From a virus (lineage: Duplodnaviria > Caudoviricetes): DNA of 30,723 nt. The translations under genes and the position numbers were made by a program. The stretch lies in the IMG/VR virus record IMGVR_UViG_3300012346_000100, positions 1 through 30,723 of that record. One strand, given 5' to 3'. Positions 8,168-18,922 of this stretch are shown here, one piece after another; the stretch's first letter is position 1, and every line of letters starts with the position of its first letter. The notes under the pieces are model-generated. The model worked only from the letters and a program-made list of their open reading frames with translations, was not told the origin of the DNA and did not search any database.

Positions 8168-8663
8168 CTACATATCGAAAAACTACGATGAAATAAACCG
8201 ATATACTCGGTATTTTGTCAGTAGATTAAATTCACAACTTGACATTGATACGATTATAAACAACGCTTACATTAAAGCAAGTGAATCTAAGTACGAGTAC
8301 AAAGAAGAACACGAAGCAAAAGCAATGTTTCTGCATTTAATCAAATGTGAATTACTATGGCAGTCAGACTCAAAGAAAGAGATTATAAATTCAGTTGAAA
8401 ACGAATACATACCAGATTCAATTGATGATTCACTTGAAGACGAAATAAAGTTCAGTGAAAGGTTGGAGATATTAGAAAATTATAGAGGTCAAATAACGGA
8501 CAGAATTAAGTTAATATTCTTTGAAACGTATTTTGATAAGAGAATTTCTACCAGTCGCACGATTGCTAAACATTTTAATATAAGTAACACATCCGCACAT
8601 TTTATGATAGTTGAGATGTTAGAGTCAATAAAACATTTTGAAAAGTACGGACAATATAAATAA
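8148..8663 (+). CDS. ECF-like sigma factor / late transcription regulator
   Basis: 171 aa; region-2-like D.IINNAYIK and C-terminal HTH SRTIAKHFNISNTSAHFMI; located before terminase. Confidence 0.6.
   Translation: MIALLNNYISKNYDEINRYTRYFVSRLNSQLDIDTIINNAYIKASESKYEYKEEHEAKAMFLHLIKCELLWQSDSKKEIINSVENEYIPDSIDDSLEDEIKFSERLEILENYRGQITDRIKLIFFETYFDKRISTSRTIAKHFNISNTSAHFMIVEMLESIKHFEKYGQYK
8631..8658 (+). promoter_or_regulatory. Putative phage late promoter 1
   Basis: AAACAT-N14-ACAATATA. Confidence 0.6.
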
Positions 8664-8669
8664 AACGAT

Positions 8670-8999
8670 ATGAAGATTAAAGAAGAATACAAAGGACAAA
8701 CGATAACTATTAACGATGGAATTTTAGGTATGATAAAAATAGACTTAAACACTATTAAACCAATGCAACAAAGAAGACTTATTGCATTAGGTTACACGCA
8801 TTTATTTGAAGATGAGAAAGAGGTTGTTTCGCACGATGACTTAATCGAATTGCACGAGGACAAAACAGAAGAAATTCTTGAATCTTTACACGAAGCTGGT
8901 GTAAATGCATTTATTGATATTTATGCAGATGGAATGAAAAAGGCTATTGAATCTCAAAAAGCACTAGTAAAGAAAACAAGACGTAAAAAGTCAGTATGA
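8670..8999 (+). CDS. Hypothetical protein
   Basis: 109-aa ORF, basic C-terminus. Confidence 0.7.
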   Translation: MKIKEEYKGQTITINDGILGMIKIDLNTIKPMQQRRLIALGYTHLFEDEKEVVSHDDLIELHEDKTEEILESLHEAGVNAFIDIYADGMKKAIESQKALVKKTRRKKSV

Positions 9000-9172
9000 A
9001 ATACTATATAATACAATACTCTCGTTCAATGTTTGAAAGAATGCAAAGAATGTTACCATCATTAATGGATGAAGATACGCACGTTTGCTTTTACGAGTAC
9101 ACATCGGACGAACCGCACGAACTAAATATAACCGCAGTAAGTGAAGACGAATTTCTAAAACATTACAAATGA
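8996..9172 (+). CDS. Hypothetical protein (58 aa, not in track)
   Basis: MKYYIIQYSRSMFERMQ...FLKHYK*; ATGA overlaps at both ends. Confidence 0.7.
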   Translation: MKYYIIQYSRSMFERMQRMLPSLMDEDTHVCFYEYTSDEPHELNITAVSEDEFLKHYK

Positions 9173-9588
9173 AACCAAAGTATATAAAGACACCAGAAGC
9201 AATGTACGAACTATTCGAGGAGTACAAAGTAAGTCTTAAACCAAGAGAGATACAAAAAGCAACTCCAAAAGGTGTAGTATCTGAGTTTCATTTACCACCT
9301 TTGACAATGTCTGGATTTAGAACGTTCTGCCATAAAAAAGGAGTTACAATAGTACATTATTTTTCTAATACGGATAATGCTTATAATGAGTATCGAACAA
9401 TCTGTACGCATATAGAGGACGAAATCAGAACAGACCAAATCGAAGGAGGTATGGTTGGACAATTCAATCCGTCAATCACACAACGACTAAACAACTTAAC
9501 TGAACGCACCGACATAACTACACAAGGTCAGCAAGTAAGTGATATTAAAATTACGATAGTTGGAGATACGAGCGACGAAAGTATTTGA
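9169..9588 (+). CDS. terS: Terminase small subunit (P22 gp3-like)
   Basis: TPEAMYELFEEY, PLTMSGF, EGGMVGQFNPSITQR; directly upstream of TerL. Confidence 0.8.
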   Translation: MKPKYIKTPEAMYELFEEYKVSLKPREIQKATPKGVVSEFHLPPLTMSGFRTFCHKKGVTIVHYFSNTDNAYNEYRTICTHIEDEIRTDQIEGGMVGQFNPSITQRLNNLTERTDITTQGQQVSDIKITIVGDTSDESI

Positions 9589-10711
9589 GAAAAATTGGGA
9601 AGCAATGCAGAATCCTAATATTAGATTTTGCATTAACCAAGGTGGTTCACGTTCAAGCAAGACGTATTCACTTTGTCAATTACTTATTGTGTGGTGCTTG
9701 GCTAACCCAAACAAGGTAGTGTCAATAGTTCGTAAAACATTCCCAGCGTTACGAGCAACCGTGATGCGTGACTTCTTCGAGGTGCTTAAAGACTTAGACT
9801 TGTACGAAAAGACTAACCATAATATGTCTGAAAATATCTACCGATTCGCAAATGGTTCGATAGTAGAGTTCTTTAGTGTTGACGATGAGCAAAAGATACG
9901 AGGTCGTAAACGTGATATTGGTTGGTGCAATGAGGCGAATGAGTTATGGTTCGAGGACTTTCAGCAATTGAATATGAGAACTGAGTCAAAACTTATATTC
10001 GACTACAATCCATCCGAGTCTGCGTCTTGGTTGTATGAGTTGCCAGAACAAGAAAGCGTCTTAATTAAATCAACATACAAAGACAATCCGTTTCTACCGG
10101 AATCAATTAAACGACAGATTGAAGACTTGCAAAGAACAGATGAAGCGTTGTATCAGATTTACGCACTTGGAGAGAAAGCAATAAGCAAACTAAACATCTA
10201 TTCAAATTGGACATTTGTAAAACATAGAGAACCACGCTTTACTAATTTTGTTTATGGTCTTGACTTTGGTTATAACCACCCAACGGCATTGGTGCGTGTT
10301 TACTACTGCGACAAAGACATATACATTGAACCAGTTATATACGAATCATATTTAACAACTACACAACTAATTGAACGCTTTGAGCAATTGAACATAGATA
10401 AGCATACGGATATCTTAGCAGATTATTCAAGACCAGAAATTATAGCAGAATTACAAACGGCTGGGTACAATGTGGGAAACGCAAACAAGGTAGTTAAAAA
10501 AGGAATTGACAATGTTAAGACATTCGGAGTATATGCTGAAGACTATCCACCATTAAAAAAAGAATACGATAACTATAAGTGGAAGAAGATAGGCGACATA
10601 ATAACAGATGAGCCAGTTAAGTTGTTTGACGATGCTATGGATGCGATACGATACGCTACAACTTACATACGAGAGATGTACTATTCAGATGATGCTTACA
10701 TTGCTTTTTAA
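9560..10711 (+). CDS. terL: Terminase large subunit (PBSX-like)
   Basis: GGSRSSKT Walker A, WCNEANE Walker B, DYNP, STYKDNPFL, GLDFG, DAMDAIRY; TTG start. Confidence 0.95.
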   Translation: MEIRATKVFEKNWEAMQNPNIRFCINQGGSRSSKTYSLCQLLIVWCLANPNKVVSIVRKTFPALRATVMRDFFEVLKDLDLYEKTNHNMSENIYRFANGSIVEFFSVDDEQKIRGRKRDIGWCNEANELWFEDFQQLNMRTESKLIFDYNPSESASWLYELPEQESVLIKSTYKDNPFLPESIKRQIEDLQRTDEALYQIYALGEKAISKLNIYSNWTFVKHREPRFTNFVYGLDFGYNHPTALVRVYYCDKDIYIEPVIYESYLTTTQLIERFEQLNIDKHTDILADYSRPEIIAELQTAGYNVGNANKVVKKGIDNVKTFGVYAEDYPPLKKEYDNYKWKKIGDIITDEPVKLFDDAMDAIRYATTYIREMYYSDDAYIAF

Positions 10712-10739
10712 AAACGAAATTTAAAATCAAAACAATATA
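10712..10739 (+). promoter_or_regulatory. Putative phage late promoter 2
   Basis: AAACGA-N14-ACAATATA. Confidence 0.7.
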
Positions 10740-10755
10740 AATAAAAACAAAAGAA

Positions 10756-11028
10756 ATGGGAACAAATTTGATGGGCGAATTAGTCGCTAACTTAGGAACG
10801 TACATAGTAAACAATACAACGGAAGCAACTAAGACTATTGATGCTATTGTTGTGCTTGAAGATACTATCTTTAGTTCGATTAAGGTTGCTGGTACAGATG
10901 CAAAGAGTACGTACTTAGCAGACGCAACAAAAGCAATTAAAGCTGGTGCAATCATCACACCGATTAACGATGTGCAATTTAGCGGAGTGACTTTAACAAG
11001 TGGTTCAATCGCTTTAGTATTAGGTTAA
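10756..11028 (+). CDS. Small beta-rich virion protein (putative)
   Basis: 90 aa, first gene after late promoter 2. Confidence 0.55.
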   Translation: MGTNLMGELVANLGTYIVNNTTEATKTIDAIVVLEDTIFSSIKVAGTDAKSTYLADATKAIKAGAIITPINDVQFSGVTLTSGSIALVLG

Positions 11029-11029
11029 G

Positions 11030-11809
11030 ATGTACGGCTACGGATATTCGGCTTACAATAGACTTTCGTTTTTGTCTGTACCAGATGCAAATGCTACGGC
11101 TTTTTTAACTGCTACTGGAATAACAGACCCAACAATTACGAGTGCTATTGATACGCTATGTAAAGACTTAAAGTCTGCTGGAATATGGGACAAGTTAAAA
11201 GCAATATATCCATTTGTTGGAGGTACTGCTACAACGCATAAATTTAACTTGAAAGACCCAAGAGATTTAGACGCTGCTTTTAGATTAGCGTTTAGCGGTG
11301 GATGGACACACGCAAATACTGGAGCAAAAGGTAACGGAGTAAATAATTATGCAACTACTTACTTTAATCCAAGCGTTAATCAACCATCTGGAATGAGTGT
11401 AGGCTTTTATACACGAACATCTAAAACAAGTGCATCTACATATCCTATTGCTTACATTGGTAACGCAACACCAAACTTTAACTATGTAGGTGGTTTAAAT
11501 TGGCAAGATAGTTATATGGGAATATTAGCAACAAACATTCAAAATCAAAGTGGATATTTAGGATTCTTTCAAAGAGGTGGTGCGAGTGGTACTCAAACAC
11601 GTAGATTGAATTTATTATCTAAAGGTTCTAATGCTCAAAATTATACTGCTCCAAATGCAGTTATCCAAATTGCTATTTCAGATTCTGCATTCACTCACGA
11701 TTGCGAATATGCATTCTTTGCTATTGGAGACTTCTTAACAACTACCGAACAAGATAACTTTTACACACGAGTACAAGCCTTTCAAACAACTTTAAATAGA
11801 CAAGTATAA
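11030..11809 (+). CDS. Putative tail fibre / receptor-binding-associated protein (ConA/LamG-like)
   Basis: G/T/S/N-rich beta core flanked by helical N- and C-terminal segments; position in tail module. Confidence 0.5.
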   Translation: MYGYGYSAYNRLSFLSVPDANATAFLTATGITDPTITSAIDTLCKDLKSAGIWDKLKAIYPFVGGTATTHKFNLKDPRDLDAAFRLAFSGGWTHANTGAKGNGVNNYATTYFNPSVNQPSGMSVGFYTRTSKTSASTYPIAYIGNATPNFNYVGGLNWQDSYMGILATNIQNQSGYLGFFQRGGASGTQTRRLNLLSKGSNAQNYTAPNAVIQIAISDSAFTHDCEYAFFAIGDFLTTTEQDNFYTRVQAFQTTLNRQV

Positions 11810-12057
11810 TGAAACTAAACCAAATTACAACCGAAGACTTAAACACCTTAGTAGGTCTATTAAACCAAGAACAAAAAGATTCTTTAGTGGGACAATTGTA
11901 CACAGATGATTCTTACTTTAACCCAATTCAAGACGCTGATGATAATTGGATAATCTCAACGGAAGAAATCATAAATTGCACAAACGAGAAGTTTATGTGG
12001 GTTAAAGAATTAGAATTGATTACATACGTACCAAAAGAAGTAACACCGATAGTATAA
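11809..12057 (+). CDS. Small acidic protein, possible fibre partner or chaperone
   Basis: Translationally coupled to 11030..11809. Confidence 0.5.
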   Translation: MKLNQITTEDLNTLVGLLNQEQKDSLVGQLYTDDSYFNPIQDADDNWIISTEEIINCTNEKFMWVKELELITYVPKEVTPIV

Positions 12058-13466
12058 TGGCGATGACTAAGATTGCAGAAGTTTACGACTTCGCACCAGC
12101 GTATAACCCTTTGATGTTTATATACAACTCAACAAACAAAAACAAGTTGGGTTTCAAATATATCTTTCAAGTGTATGCAAGTGGCACGGCTACAAAAATA
12201 GGAGAGTATAAAGTTCTACCAAGATTCAGCGATGGATACGGGCAAATAGACTTATCTAAACTTCTGCAATCAAAAGTTACATTCAATATTAACGTAACAA
12301 ATCCAAGCGACTGCTATTATAACTACGATGTCAAAATCGGAGAGGAATACATTCAAGGGGTTGCTTATACAAGTTCATTAACTAACAATGCTGGCTTTGT
12401 AAAGATTACAAGTGCGACACATACTTTTGTTGTAGGAGACCAAGTAAGCATAAAACAAGCAGACAATGGTTTAGCAAATCCACTTATTGAGGGTTTATTT
12501 GTAGTTAAGTCGGTGCAGTCTTCAACTCAATTTACTATTAGTGCTTTATGGTCAAATGTAAACGATGCTACAATAGATGGGAATGTTTACTATGCAGATA
12601 ATAGAAAGACACAAACTTTAGCCATAATTACAGAATCGGATAAGTATGTGTTTAATGGGGTGCGTTCTTGGGCTGACTACACTGCATACAATCAAAATCA
12701 ATACTTGATTGATACTATCAACAATACGCAGTTGTTTGTAACTGATTTACCTACTACTGGATTCTCAATTACACCAACACAAAACTTGTGGCTTAACGTA
12801 GCGAATAACTTTATGGATACAGATTTATATTGTATTATTTACACCAATACTGGGCAATTCAGATATAGCATAACAAACGCAAATATAATGACTCAGCTAT
12901 GTATTGGAGTAGATGGTAACCCAGACATAATAGATTCTGGTTCTTTGCCTATGATTGACGAGAATACAACGACAATTTCATTTCAAATAGTAAATGATGG
13001 CTTAGATGAGTTTTCTCAACCTTATTTAATAGATATAGACCAACGATGTAGAATAAACGAGTACGATGTTTATTTTATGGACAGAATGGGAAGTATCGCT
13101 TCGTTTGGTTTCAGTTTAAAATCATATGAAAACGGAACTATTGCACGTCAAACATACAACAAAGTAAACGAGGGTTTTGTAAGTGACTCAATGTGGAACT
13201 ATGCAACTACTGAATTTGGACAAACTGCATACTCAATTCAATTAGATAAAACGTTTGAGTTGAATACTGATTGGATGACTGAAGAAATGAACGTGTACTT
13301 CGAACAATTAATGACTTCGCCTATTACGTTTGTAAGATTTGGAGACGACTACATATCTTGTCAAGTAACGGACTCATCATTTGAGGTTAATAAAAGACGC
13401 AACAAAAATTTGATTCGTAAAACAATCACAATAAAATTAGCAAATCAAAACACAATAAATGTTTAA
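12057..13466 (+). CDS. Tail/baseplate structural protein
   Basis: 469 aa beta-rich; FCCH-like insert (HTFVVGDQVSI...FTI); C-terminal LNTDWMTEE. Confidence 0.6.
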   Translation: MAMTKIAEVYDFAPAYNPLMFIYNSTNKNKLGFKYIFQVYASGTATKIGEYKVLPRFSDGYGQIDLSKLLQSKVTFNINVTNPSDCYYNYDVKIGEEYIQGVAYTSSLTNNAGFVKITSATHTFVVGDQVSIKQADNGLANPLIEGLFVVKSVQSSTQFTISALWSNVNDATIDGNVYYADNRKTQTLAIITESDKYVFNGVRSWADYTAYNQNQYLIDTINNTQLFVTDLPTTGFSITPTQNLWLNVANNFMDTDLYCIIYTNTGQFRYSITNANIMTQLCIGVDGNPDIIDSGSLPMIDENTTTISFQIVNDGLDEFSQPYLIDIDQRCRINEYDVYFMDRMGSIASFGFSLKSYENGTIARQTYNKVNEGFVSDSMWNYATTEFGQTAYSIQLDKTFELNTDWMTEEMNVYFEQLMTSPITFVRFGDDYISCQVTDSSFEVNKRRNKNLIRKTITIKLANQNTINV

Positions 13467-16005
13467 CGTACAGATTCAATTAGAAAGTGGTTATTTAGAT
13501 GTTAAAGAGGGAACTGCTTTTCCTTTGAATTTCGGAGTAGCTGATATTCGAGACGTATCAAAACGAAGCGGTGCGTTTTCAAAGACTATTGTATTAAGTG
13601 GTACAAAGAACAATCACAATCTTTTAAACCATTACTACGATGTAAATATTCAAACTGGAGATTTCAACATAGACACGTTAACAAAATGTAGCATTATTCA
13701 AAATGGCATTCCTATTCTTGAAAATGCAGTATTGCAATTGTTATCGGTAAACAAGAAACAAGATGGAGCAAACTATGAGGAGTTTGTAGAATATGAAGTA
13801 CTTGTAAAAGACGATGCGTCTGATTTCTTCGTTAAGTTAGATAATAGCGAGTTAACAGACTTAGACTTTAGCGACTTAGACCACGTAATTAGTTCTGCTA
13901 ACATTGTATCGAGTTGGTCGCACGATGTGAACGATGGTTATAAGTATTTATTAGGCTACCAGAATACAAGTACTTATACTTTAAAGGAAGCAAAACCAGC
14001 AATATATGCAAAGACTTACTTCGACAAGATATTTGCTTCTCAAGGATTTTCTTACACTTGGAATACTTTGTCAGTTGATAGATTCGATAAGTTATTAATT
14101 CCATTTGTGGGAGATGTAAAGCGAGATATTTACAATAATTATTTAGTAGAGGCAACAAATACAAAAACATTCAGCACGTTATTTAACGTACCAGCAAATG
14201 CACCTTTAACAAACTACACCGAGTTAGTAGATGAGTTAAATATATTCAATCCAACGACTGGAATATATGATACACCATTTACATTAAGTACTGGAGATTC
14301 TTACAATTTTCAAGTGGATATTGACTATTCAATTAACTTGTTAAATTCAAGTGGTGCAACTGCATACTTAATTGATCAATGGGCTTTTGTTGGTGGTACT
14401 GCTAACTATTCAGCAATGTATATTAGACCATTTATAAGCATATCAAAAAATGGTACTGAAATTTCGGTAACTTATTCAGATACTATTAGTGTACCTTTGA
14501 CGTTGACTTCTGCATCAAGTACAAATATAGAAAACAGACTTAAAACTTTTAACATACCAGTTTCTGGAATTGTTGCTGGTGATGACTTGCAAGTTCGAAT
14601 AGGAATGCATATATCAGTTTTACCAAATGCCAATTTCAATCCTAATGCTATGGTATGGAGAAGTTCTAATACTTCGCCTTGGGGTGTTCCAGTTACTATT
14701 AATTCTCAAATGGTAGCCAATTCAATTAAGATTAAAGTACTACCATCTTCAACAACTGCAATAAGCGGTACTAATATTAATTTACTTGGATTCGTTCCGT
14801 CAAAGATTAAGCAAAAGGACTTCTTAAAGTCTATTTTTCAAATGTACAATTTGTATATAGAATCAGACAAAGACAATCCAAACATATTGAACTTAACTAC
14901 ACGTGACAATTTTGTTGATAGTGGGGTTGAAAAAGATTGGACTTACAAACTTGCAAAAGATAGCGACCAAGTGTTGCAATTTTTACCAGAGTTGACCGGT
15001 AAGAAAATACAACTTACATACAAACAAGATTCAGACGAAGCAAATAAAAAATATTTTGATACTACACAAGAAGTATTCGGACAAATTGAGTACACATTTG
15101 ACAATGAATACATCAAAGGAGTAGATAAAAAAGAACTTATTTTTAGTCCTACACCATTATTGCAAACTCCATTTAATGCTTTTGTGCCATCGTTTAGCTT
15201 TGCAGAGCCAAAAGTAAATTTAAGAATATTGTATGATGGTGGATTAAAAGCGTGTAACTCATTTAACTTGTACGACTACGGAACTACTGGACAAAGTGGA
15301 TTGACTTCTTATCCATACGCTGGACATTGGGACGACCCATTGAAACCAAGTTTTGATATTAACTTTGGATTGTGTGATTTCTACTATTATTCTGGATTCC
15401 AAACTACAAACAATAACTTATATAATCAGTATTGGAGAAGAACGATTGCACAGATTAATACTGGTAAAATGTTAATCGCTTACTTTGACTTAGACGAGTT
15501 AGATATACAGACGTTGAAACTTAACGACAAAATTCGTATTGATAATTCGTGGTGGACTATAAACAAAATAATTGACTACTCAGTTAACCAAAAATTGTTA
15601 ACGAAAGTTGAGTTGATGAGTATTGATACTGACATTGACTTAGCACCATTCAAAACGAGTGTTCCCAAAATGGTAACGCAGTCAGAGAACACGTCAATCT
15701 TTCAAGCAATAAGCGAAGCAGTAAATAACAATATAAACTCTATTGATAGTTCAGCACAAGCAATTGTAATGGGTAGCGGAAATGTAATAGGAAGCGGATT
15801 GAAAGGAATGTGGATAGGCAACAATTTAACACCGACTGACGATGGTATAATTGTTCCAAGTATGAAAGCATCAAACGCTGAATTCGGAGTTGTTAGATTT
15901 GCTAATTTACCAACATTTGACTCAGACCGAGATGCTGGAAGTTCTGGGCTTACAACTGGAGATGTATATGTAAGCACGACTGGAGCGATTAGTATTAAGT
16001 TATAA
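13459..16005 (+). CDS. Large tail tip/hub protein
   Basis: 848 aa; ADIRDVSKRSGAFSKTIVL N-terminus, KQKDFLKSIFQMYNL; adjacent to tape measure. Confidence 0.65.
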   Translation: MFNVQIQLESGYLDVKEGTAFPLNFGVADIRDVSKRSGAFSKTIVLSGTKNNHNLLNHYYDVNIQTGDFNIDTLTKCSIIQNGIPILENAVLQLLSVNKKQDGANYEEFVEYEVLVKDDASDFFVKLDNSELTDLDFSDLDHVISSANIVSSWSHDVNDGYKYLLGYQNTSTYTLKEAKPAIYAKTYFDKIFASQGFSYTWNTLSVDRFDKLLIPFVGDVKRDIYNNYLVEATNTKTFSTLFNVPANAPLTNYTELVDELNIFNPTTGIYDTPFTLSTGDSYNFQVDIDYSINLLNSSGATAYLIDQWAFVGGTANYSAMYIRPFISISKNGTEISVTYSDTISVPLTLTSASSTNIENRLKTFNIPVSGIVAGDDLQVRIGMHISVLPNANFNPNAMVWRSSNTSPWGVPVTINSQMVANSIKIKVLPSSTTAISGTNINLLGFVPSKIKQKDFLKSIFQMYNLYIESDKDNPNILNLTTRDNFVDSGVEKDWTYKLAKDSDQVLQFLPELTGKKIQLTYKQDSDEANKKYFDTTQEVFGQIEYTFDNEYIKGVDKKELIFSPTPLLQTPFNAFVPSFSFAEPKVNLRILYDGGLKACNSFNLYDYGTTGQSGLTSYPYAGHWDDPLKPSFDINFGLCDFYYYSGFQTTNNNLYNQYWRRTIAQINTGKMLIAYFDLDELDIQTLKLNDKIRIDNSWWTINKIIDYSVNQKLLTKVELMSIDTDIDLAPFKTSVPKMVTQSENTSIFQAISEAVNNNINSIDSSAQAIVMGSGNVIGSGLKGMWIGNNLTPTDDGIIVPSMKASNAEFGVVRFANLPTFDSDRDAGSSGLTTGDVYVSTTGAISIKL

Positions 16006-16032
16006 AACGAAAATAAACCAACTGACAATATA
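16005..16032 (+). promoter_or_regulatory. Putative phage late promoter 3
   Basis: AAACGA-N14-ACAATATA then GTTATG. Confidence 0.7.
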
Positions 16033-16035
16033 GTT

Positions 16036-18054
16036 ATGGCTGGACAAAGTATAGAGATTCCTATTAAGTTAGGTGGATTAGCACAAATAAAAAGTGAATT
16101 AAGAGATTTAAAGGGTCAACTTGCAAATGCGACAGACCCAGAACAAATGCAACAACTTGCAGAACGTGCTGGGCAGTTATCGGATAAAATAAAAGACGCA
16201 AACGAGAATGTTAAAAATTTCGCTACTGGTTCAAAATTCGAATCAATAGGTAATCAATTCAGTTCAATGAAAGATTCTTTATTGTCTTTGGACTTTGAAG
16301 AAGCTTCTGAGAAAGCTAAAGTATTTGGTAAATCTTTAACTGGCTTAAAACCATCAGATGTTGGTGCGTCAATCAAGGGTTTAATTACTACGGTTGGTTC
16401 TTTAGGGAAAGCGTTTGTCACGTTTGGACTTCAACTTTTAGCAAATCCTATTTTCTTATTAGTTACGGCTATTGTTGCCATTGTTGCGGTAATTATTTTA
16501 TTTATGAATAAATTAGGTTTAATAAAGCCTATAATGGAAGCAATAGGTAAGGCTATTGACTTTGTTATTCAGAAATTGAAAGATTTTGCTGATTGGTTAG
16601 GGCTTACAAACTTTGCAGAAGAAGACAAAGCTAAAAAATCTATTGAAACAAATAGAAAAATTGCAGATTCTTACAAAGATAAAGGCGATAGAATAGTAAA
16701 AGCATACGATAGACAAATTGAAATTGCGAGAATTGAGGGTAAAGATACAACTCAATTAGAGATTGCTAAACAAAAGGCTATTATCCAAACGGCTCAAATC
16801 AGACAAAAAGCACTTCAACAGCAATTAAAAGATAATGCTATTAGTAACTCGTTGGACAAAGACCAAATTAAAGCCATAAAAGATGGTTTGACGGAAACTA
16901 AAAACTTAATATCTGATAGTACTTTTAACATAAAAAAAATAAAAGCTCAAGAAGTTGCAGATGATAAAAAGGCAAATGAAGAAAAGGCTAAAAATAACAA
17001 AGAAGCAAACGAAAAGCAAAAGCAAAAACAAGCTGAATACGCTAAACAACGTTTAGAAACTGCAAGACAAATTGAGGACACAAACATCGCTTTGATGGAT
17101 GAGGGAGTCAATAAAGAGTTAAAAGCAAACGAAACAAAGTACGCACGTCTTAGGGCTGACAATGCTAAAAATTCTAAGTTAACTGCTGAAGAAAGAAAGA
17201 CTATTGACTTACAACTTCAAGAACAAGAATTTAATGATAAGAAAACAATCAATGCAAAATACGATGAGGAAACAAAGCAATCATTAATATTATCTGAAAA
17301 GGCAAAAGCAGATGAAAAGGTAAGACTTGAAGGAGAAGAGAAAACACGACTTGAAGCAGTTGCTAAATTAAAAGAAGAAACTGGTAAAACAGAACAAGAG
17401 AAAGCACTTCAAAAAATACGTGACGAATATAAAGCTAAACAAGATTTAGCAGTTGGCGATTCCGTTTTAATGGCTCAACTTGAAGCAGAAAAGAATGCAA
17501 AACTAACAGAAACAAACGACAAATATCGTGACGCTGAAAAAGCAAAAGAAAAGAAACTACAAGATGAAAAAATACAAGCCGTACAAGGTGGTTTAAATGC
17601 TATCAGTTCACTTGCTGAAGCATTTGCTGGTAGTTCTAAAGAATCGCAAAAGAAAGCGTTTAAGGTACAAAAAGCGGTTAACATTGCTAATGCTACAATT
17701 GACACATATAAAAGTGCTACTTCTGCGTTTGCGTCTGCTGGTAACCCTATACTCGGTGCGGTATTTGCTTCTATTGCAGTAGCGGCTGGTCTTGCTAATG
17801 TTAAAAAGATTGCTTCTACTACCTTTGAGGGTGGTGGCGGTGGTGCTTCGTCTGGTGGCGGTGGTGCTTCATCTGTTCCTACAATGAATCCTCAAACATC
17901 TATGTATTCAAGTGGTAACGATCAAGCTAATAATCTAAGCTCCAATAACAATGGAATGCAAAACCAACCAACTATTAAAGCGGTTGTAGTTGAGTCGGAA
18001 ATAACGGCATCACAAAATAAAATTAATAAAATAAAAGAAAGTGCAACGCTATGA
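16036..18054 (+). CDS. Tape measure protein
   Basis: 672 aa, long A/K/E/Q-rich coiled coil, hydrophobic segment, G/S-rich C-terminal linker. Confidence 0.75.
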   Translation: MAGQSIEIPIKLGGLAQIKSELRDLKGQLANATDPEQMQQLAERAGQLSDKIKDANENVKNFATGSKFESIGNQFSSMKDSLLSLDFEEASEKAKVFGKSLTGLKPSDVGASIKGLITTVGSLGKAFVTFGLQLLANPIFLLVTAIVAIVAVIILFMNKLGLIKPIMEAIGKAIDFVIQKLKDFADWLGLTNFAEEDKAKKSIETNRKIADSYKDKGDRIVKAYDRQIEIARIEGKDTTQLEIAKQKAIIQTAQIRQKALQQQLKDNAISNSLDKDQIKAIKDGLTETKNLISDSTFNIKKIKAQEVADDKKANEEKAKNNKEANEKQKQKQAEYAKQRLETARQIEDTNIALMDEGVNKELKANETKYARLRADNAKNSKLTAEERKTIDLQLQEQEFNDKKTINAKYDEETKQSLILSEKAKADEKVRLEGEEKTRLEAVAKLKEETGKTEQEKALQKIRDEYKAKQDLAVGDSVLMAQLEAEKNAKLTETNDKYRDAEKAKEKKLQDEKIQAVQGGLNAISSLAEAFAGSSKESQKKAFKVQKAVNIANATIDTYKSATSAFASAGNPILGAVFASIAVAAGLANVKKIASTTFEGGGGGASSGGGGASSVPTMNPQTSMYSSGNDQANNLSSNNNGMQNQPTIKAVVVESEITASQNKINKIKESATL

Positions 18055-18494
18055 GTTATCAAACAATAATAAATAAAATGACTGCGTTTTGTGACGCACA
18101 TTTGCAAGTTAAAAAATTCGGTTCAGACTTCAAAGAACAGATGCCAAACTTCGCTACTAAAGACGAGAAGTATCCAATCGTTTATGCCGTTCCAACTTCA
18201 ACAAGTGCTGGACTAAACACACGTCAATTTAACTTTGATATTTATTGCTTGGATATAATTCAAAAAGACCGACAAAATATTAATACTATTTTATCAGATA
18301 CTGAATTGATATTAAACGATTTTTATTTGTACTTTTACGATGGGCAAGATTTAAGCATTGACGTAATAAGCCCAATGAACACATCGCCATTAAATAATTT
18401 TGATTTGGACTATTGTGCTGGTTGGGTTATGAGTATTACATTTGAAGTTGCTAATCTACCTGAATGCGTTATACCAATTGAAACACCAAACTAA
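18051..18494 (+). CDS. Putative tail terminator/completion protein
   Basis: 147 aa acidic; YPIVY, FDIYCLD, AGWVMSITFEV pattern. Confidence 0.5.
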   Translation: MSYQTIINKMTAFCDAHLQVKKFGSDFKEQMPNFATKDEKYPIVYAVPTSTSAGLNTRQFNFDIYCLDIIQKDRQNINTILSDTELILNDFYLYFYDGQDLSIDVISPMNTSPLNNFDLDYCAGWVMSITFEVANLPECVIPIETPN

Positions 18495-18922
18495 TGGCAA
18501 CATTTAAAGTAAAATATGCTACACGTAATAAGTTAGCAAGGTCTTTGCAAAAAGAGATTAGAGACTTAGGTCTTATAGATTTTGGAACTTTATACGATTC
18601 GATACGAATATCTGCAATGACTGGAGATGAGTTGAATAAAATCAACATTACTATTAACGCAATGTTTTACTATTTGTTTTTAGATGAGGGAACAAGTAGA
18701 GGTATTCAACCATATTCAATTACTGACAAATGGCTACAACGTGGAGACGTAAAAGATATACTTGCAGAAGTTACACAAGAATACATCGCTTGGCAGTTTG
18801 AAAAATATCCAATACTTGAAATGGCTAAGATTCTAAACAACCCAGTTGTATCAATTAAGTTTAATTGGATTGATTCGCCTTATCCAAACCTACCAACTGC
18901 ACCGACAACGGCATTCTTTTAA
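18494..18922 (+). CDS. Putative neck/tail completion protein (HK97 gp10-like)
   Basis: DFGTLYDSI...YYLFLDEGT..IQP pattern. Confidence 0.55.
   Translation: MATFKVKYATRNKLARSLQKEIRDLGLIDFGTLYDSIRISAMTGDELNKINITINAMFYYLFLDEGTSRGIQPYSITDKWLQRGDVKDILAEVTQEYIAWQFEKYPILEMAKILNNPVVSIKFNWIDSPYPNLPTAPTTAFF

Noticed and set aside
17832-17870. 18-bp direct repeat with 21-bp period in tape measure gene
   Set aside because: In-frame GGGGASS linker duplication; ordinary low complexity
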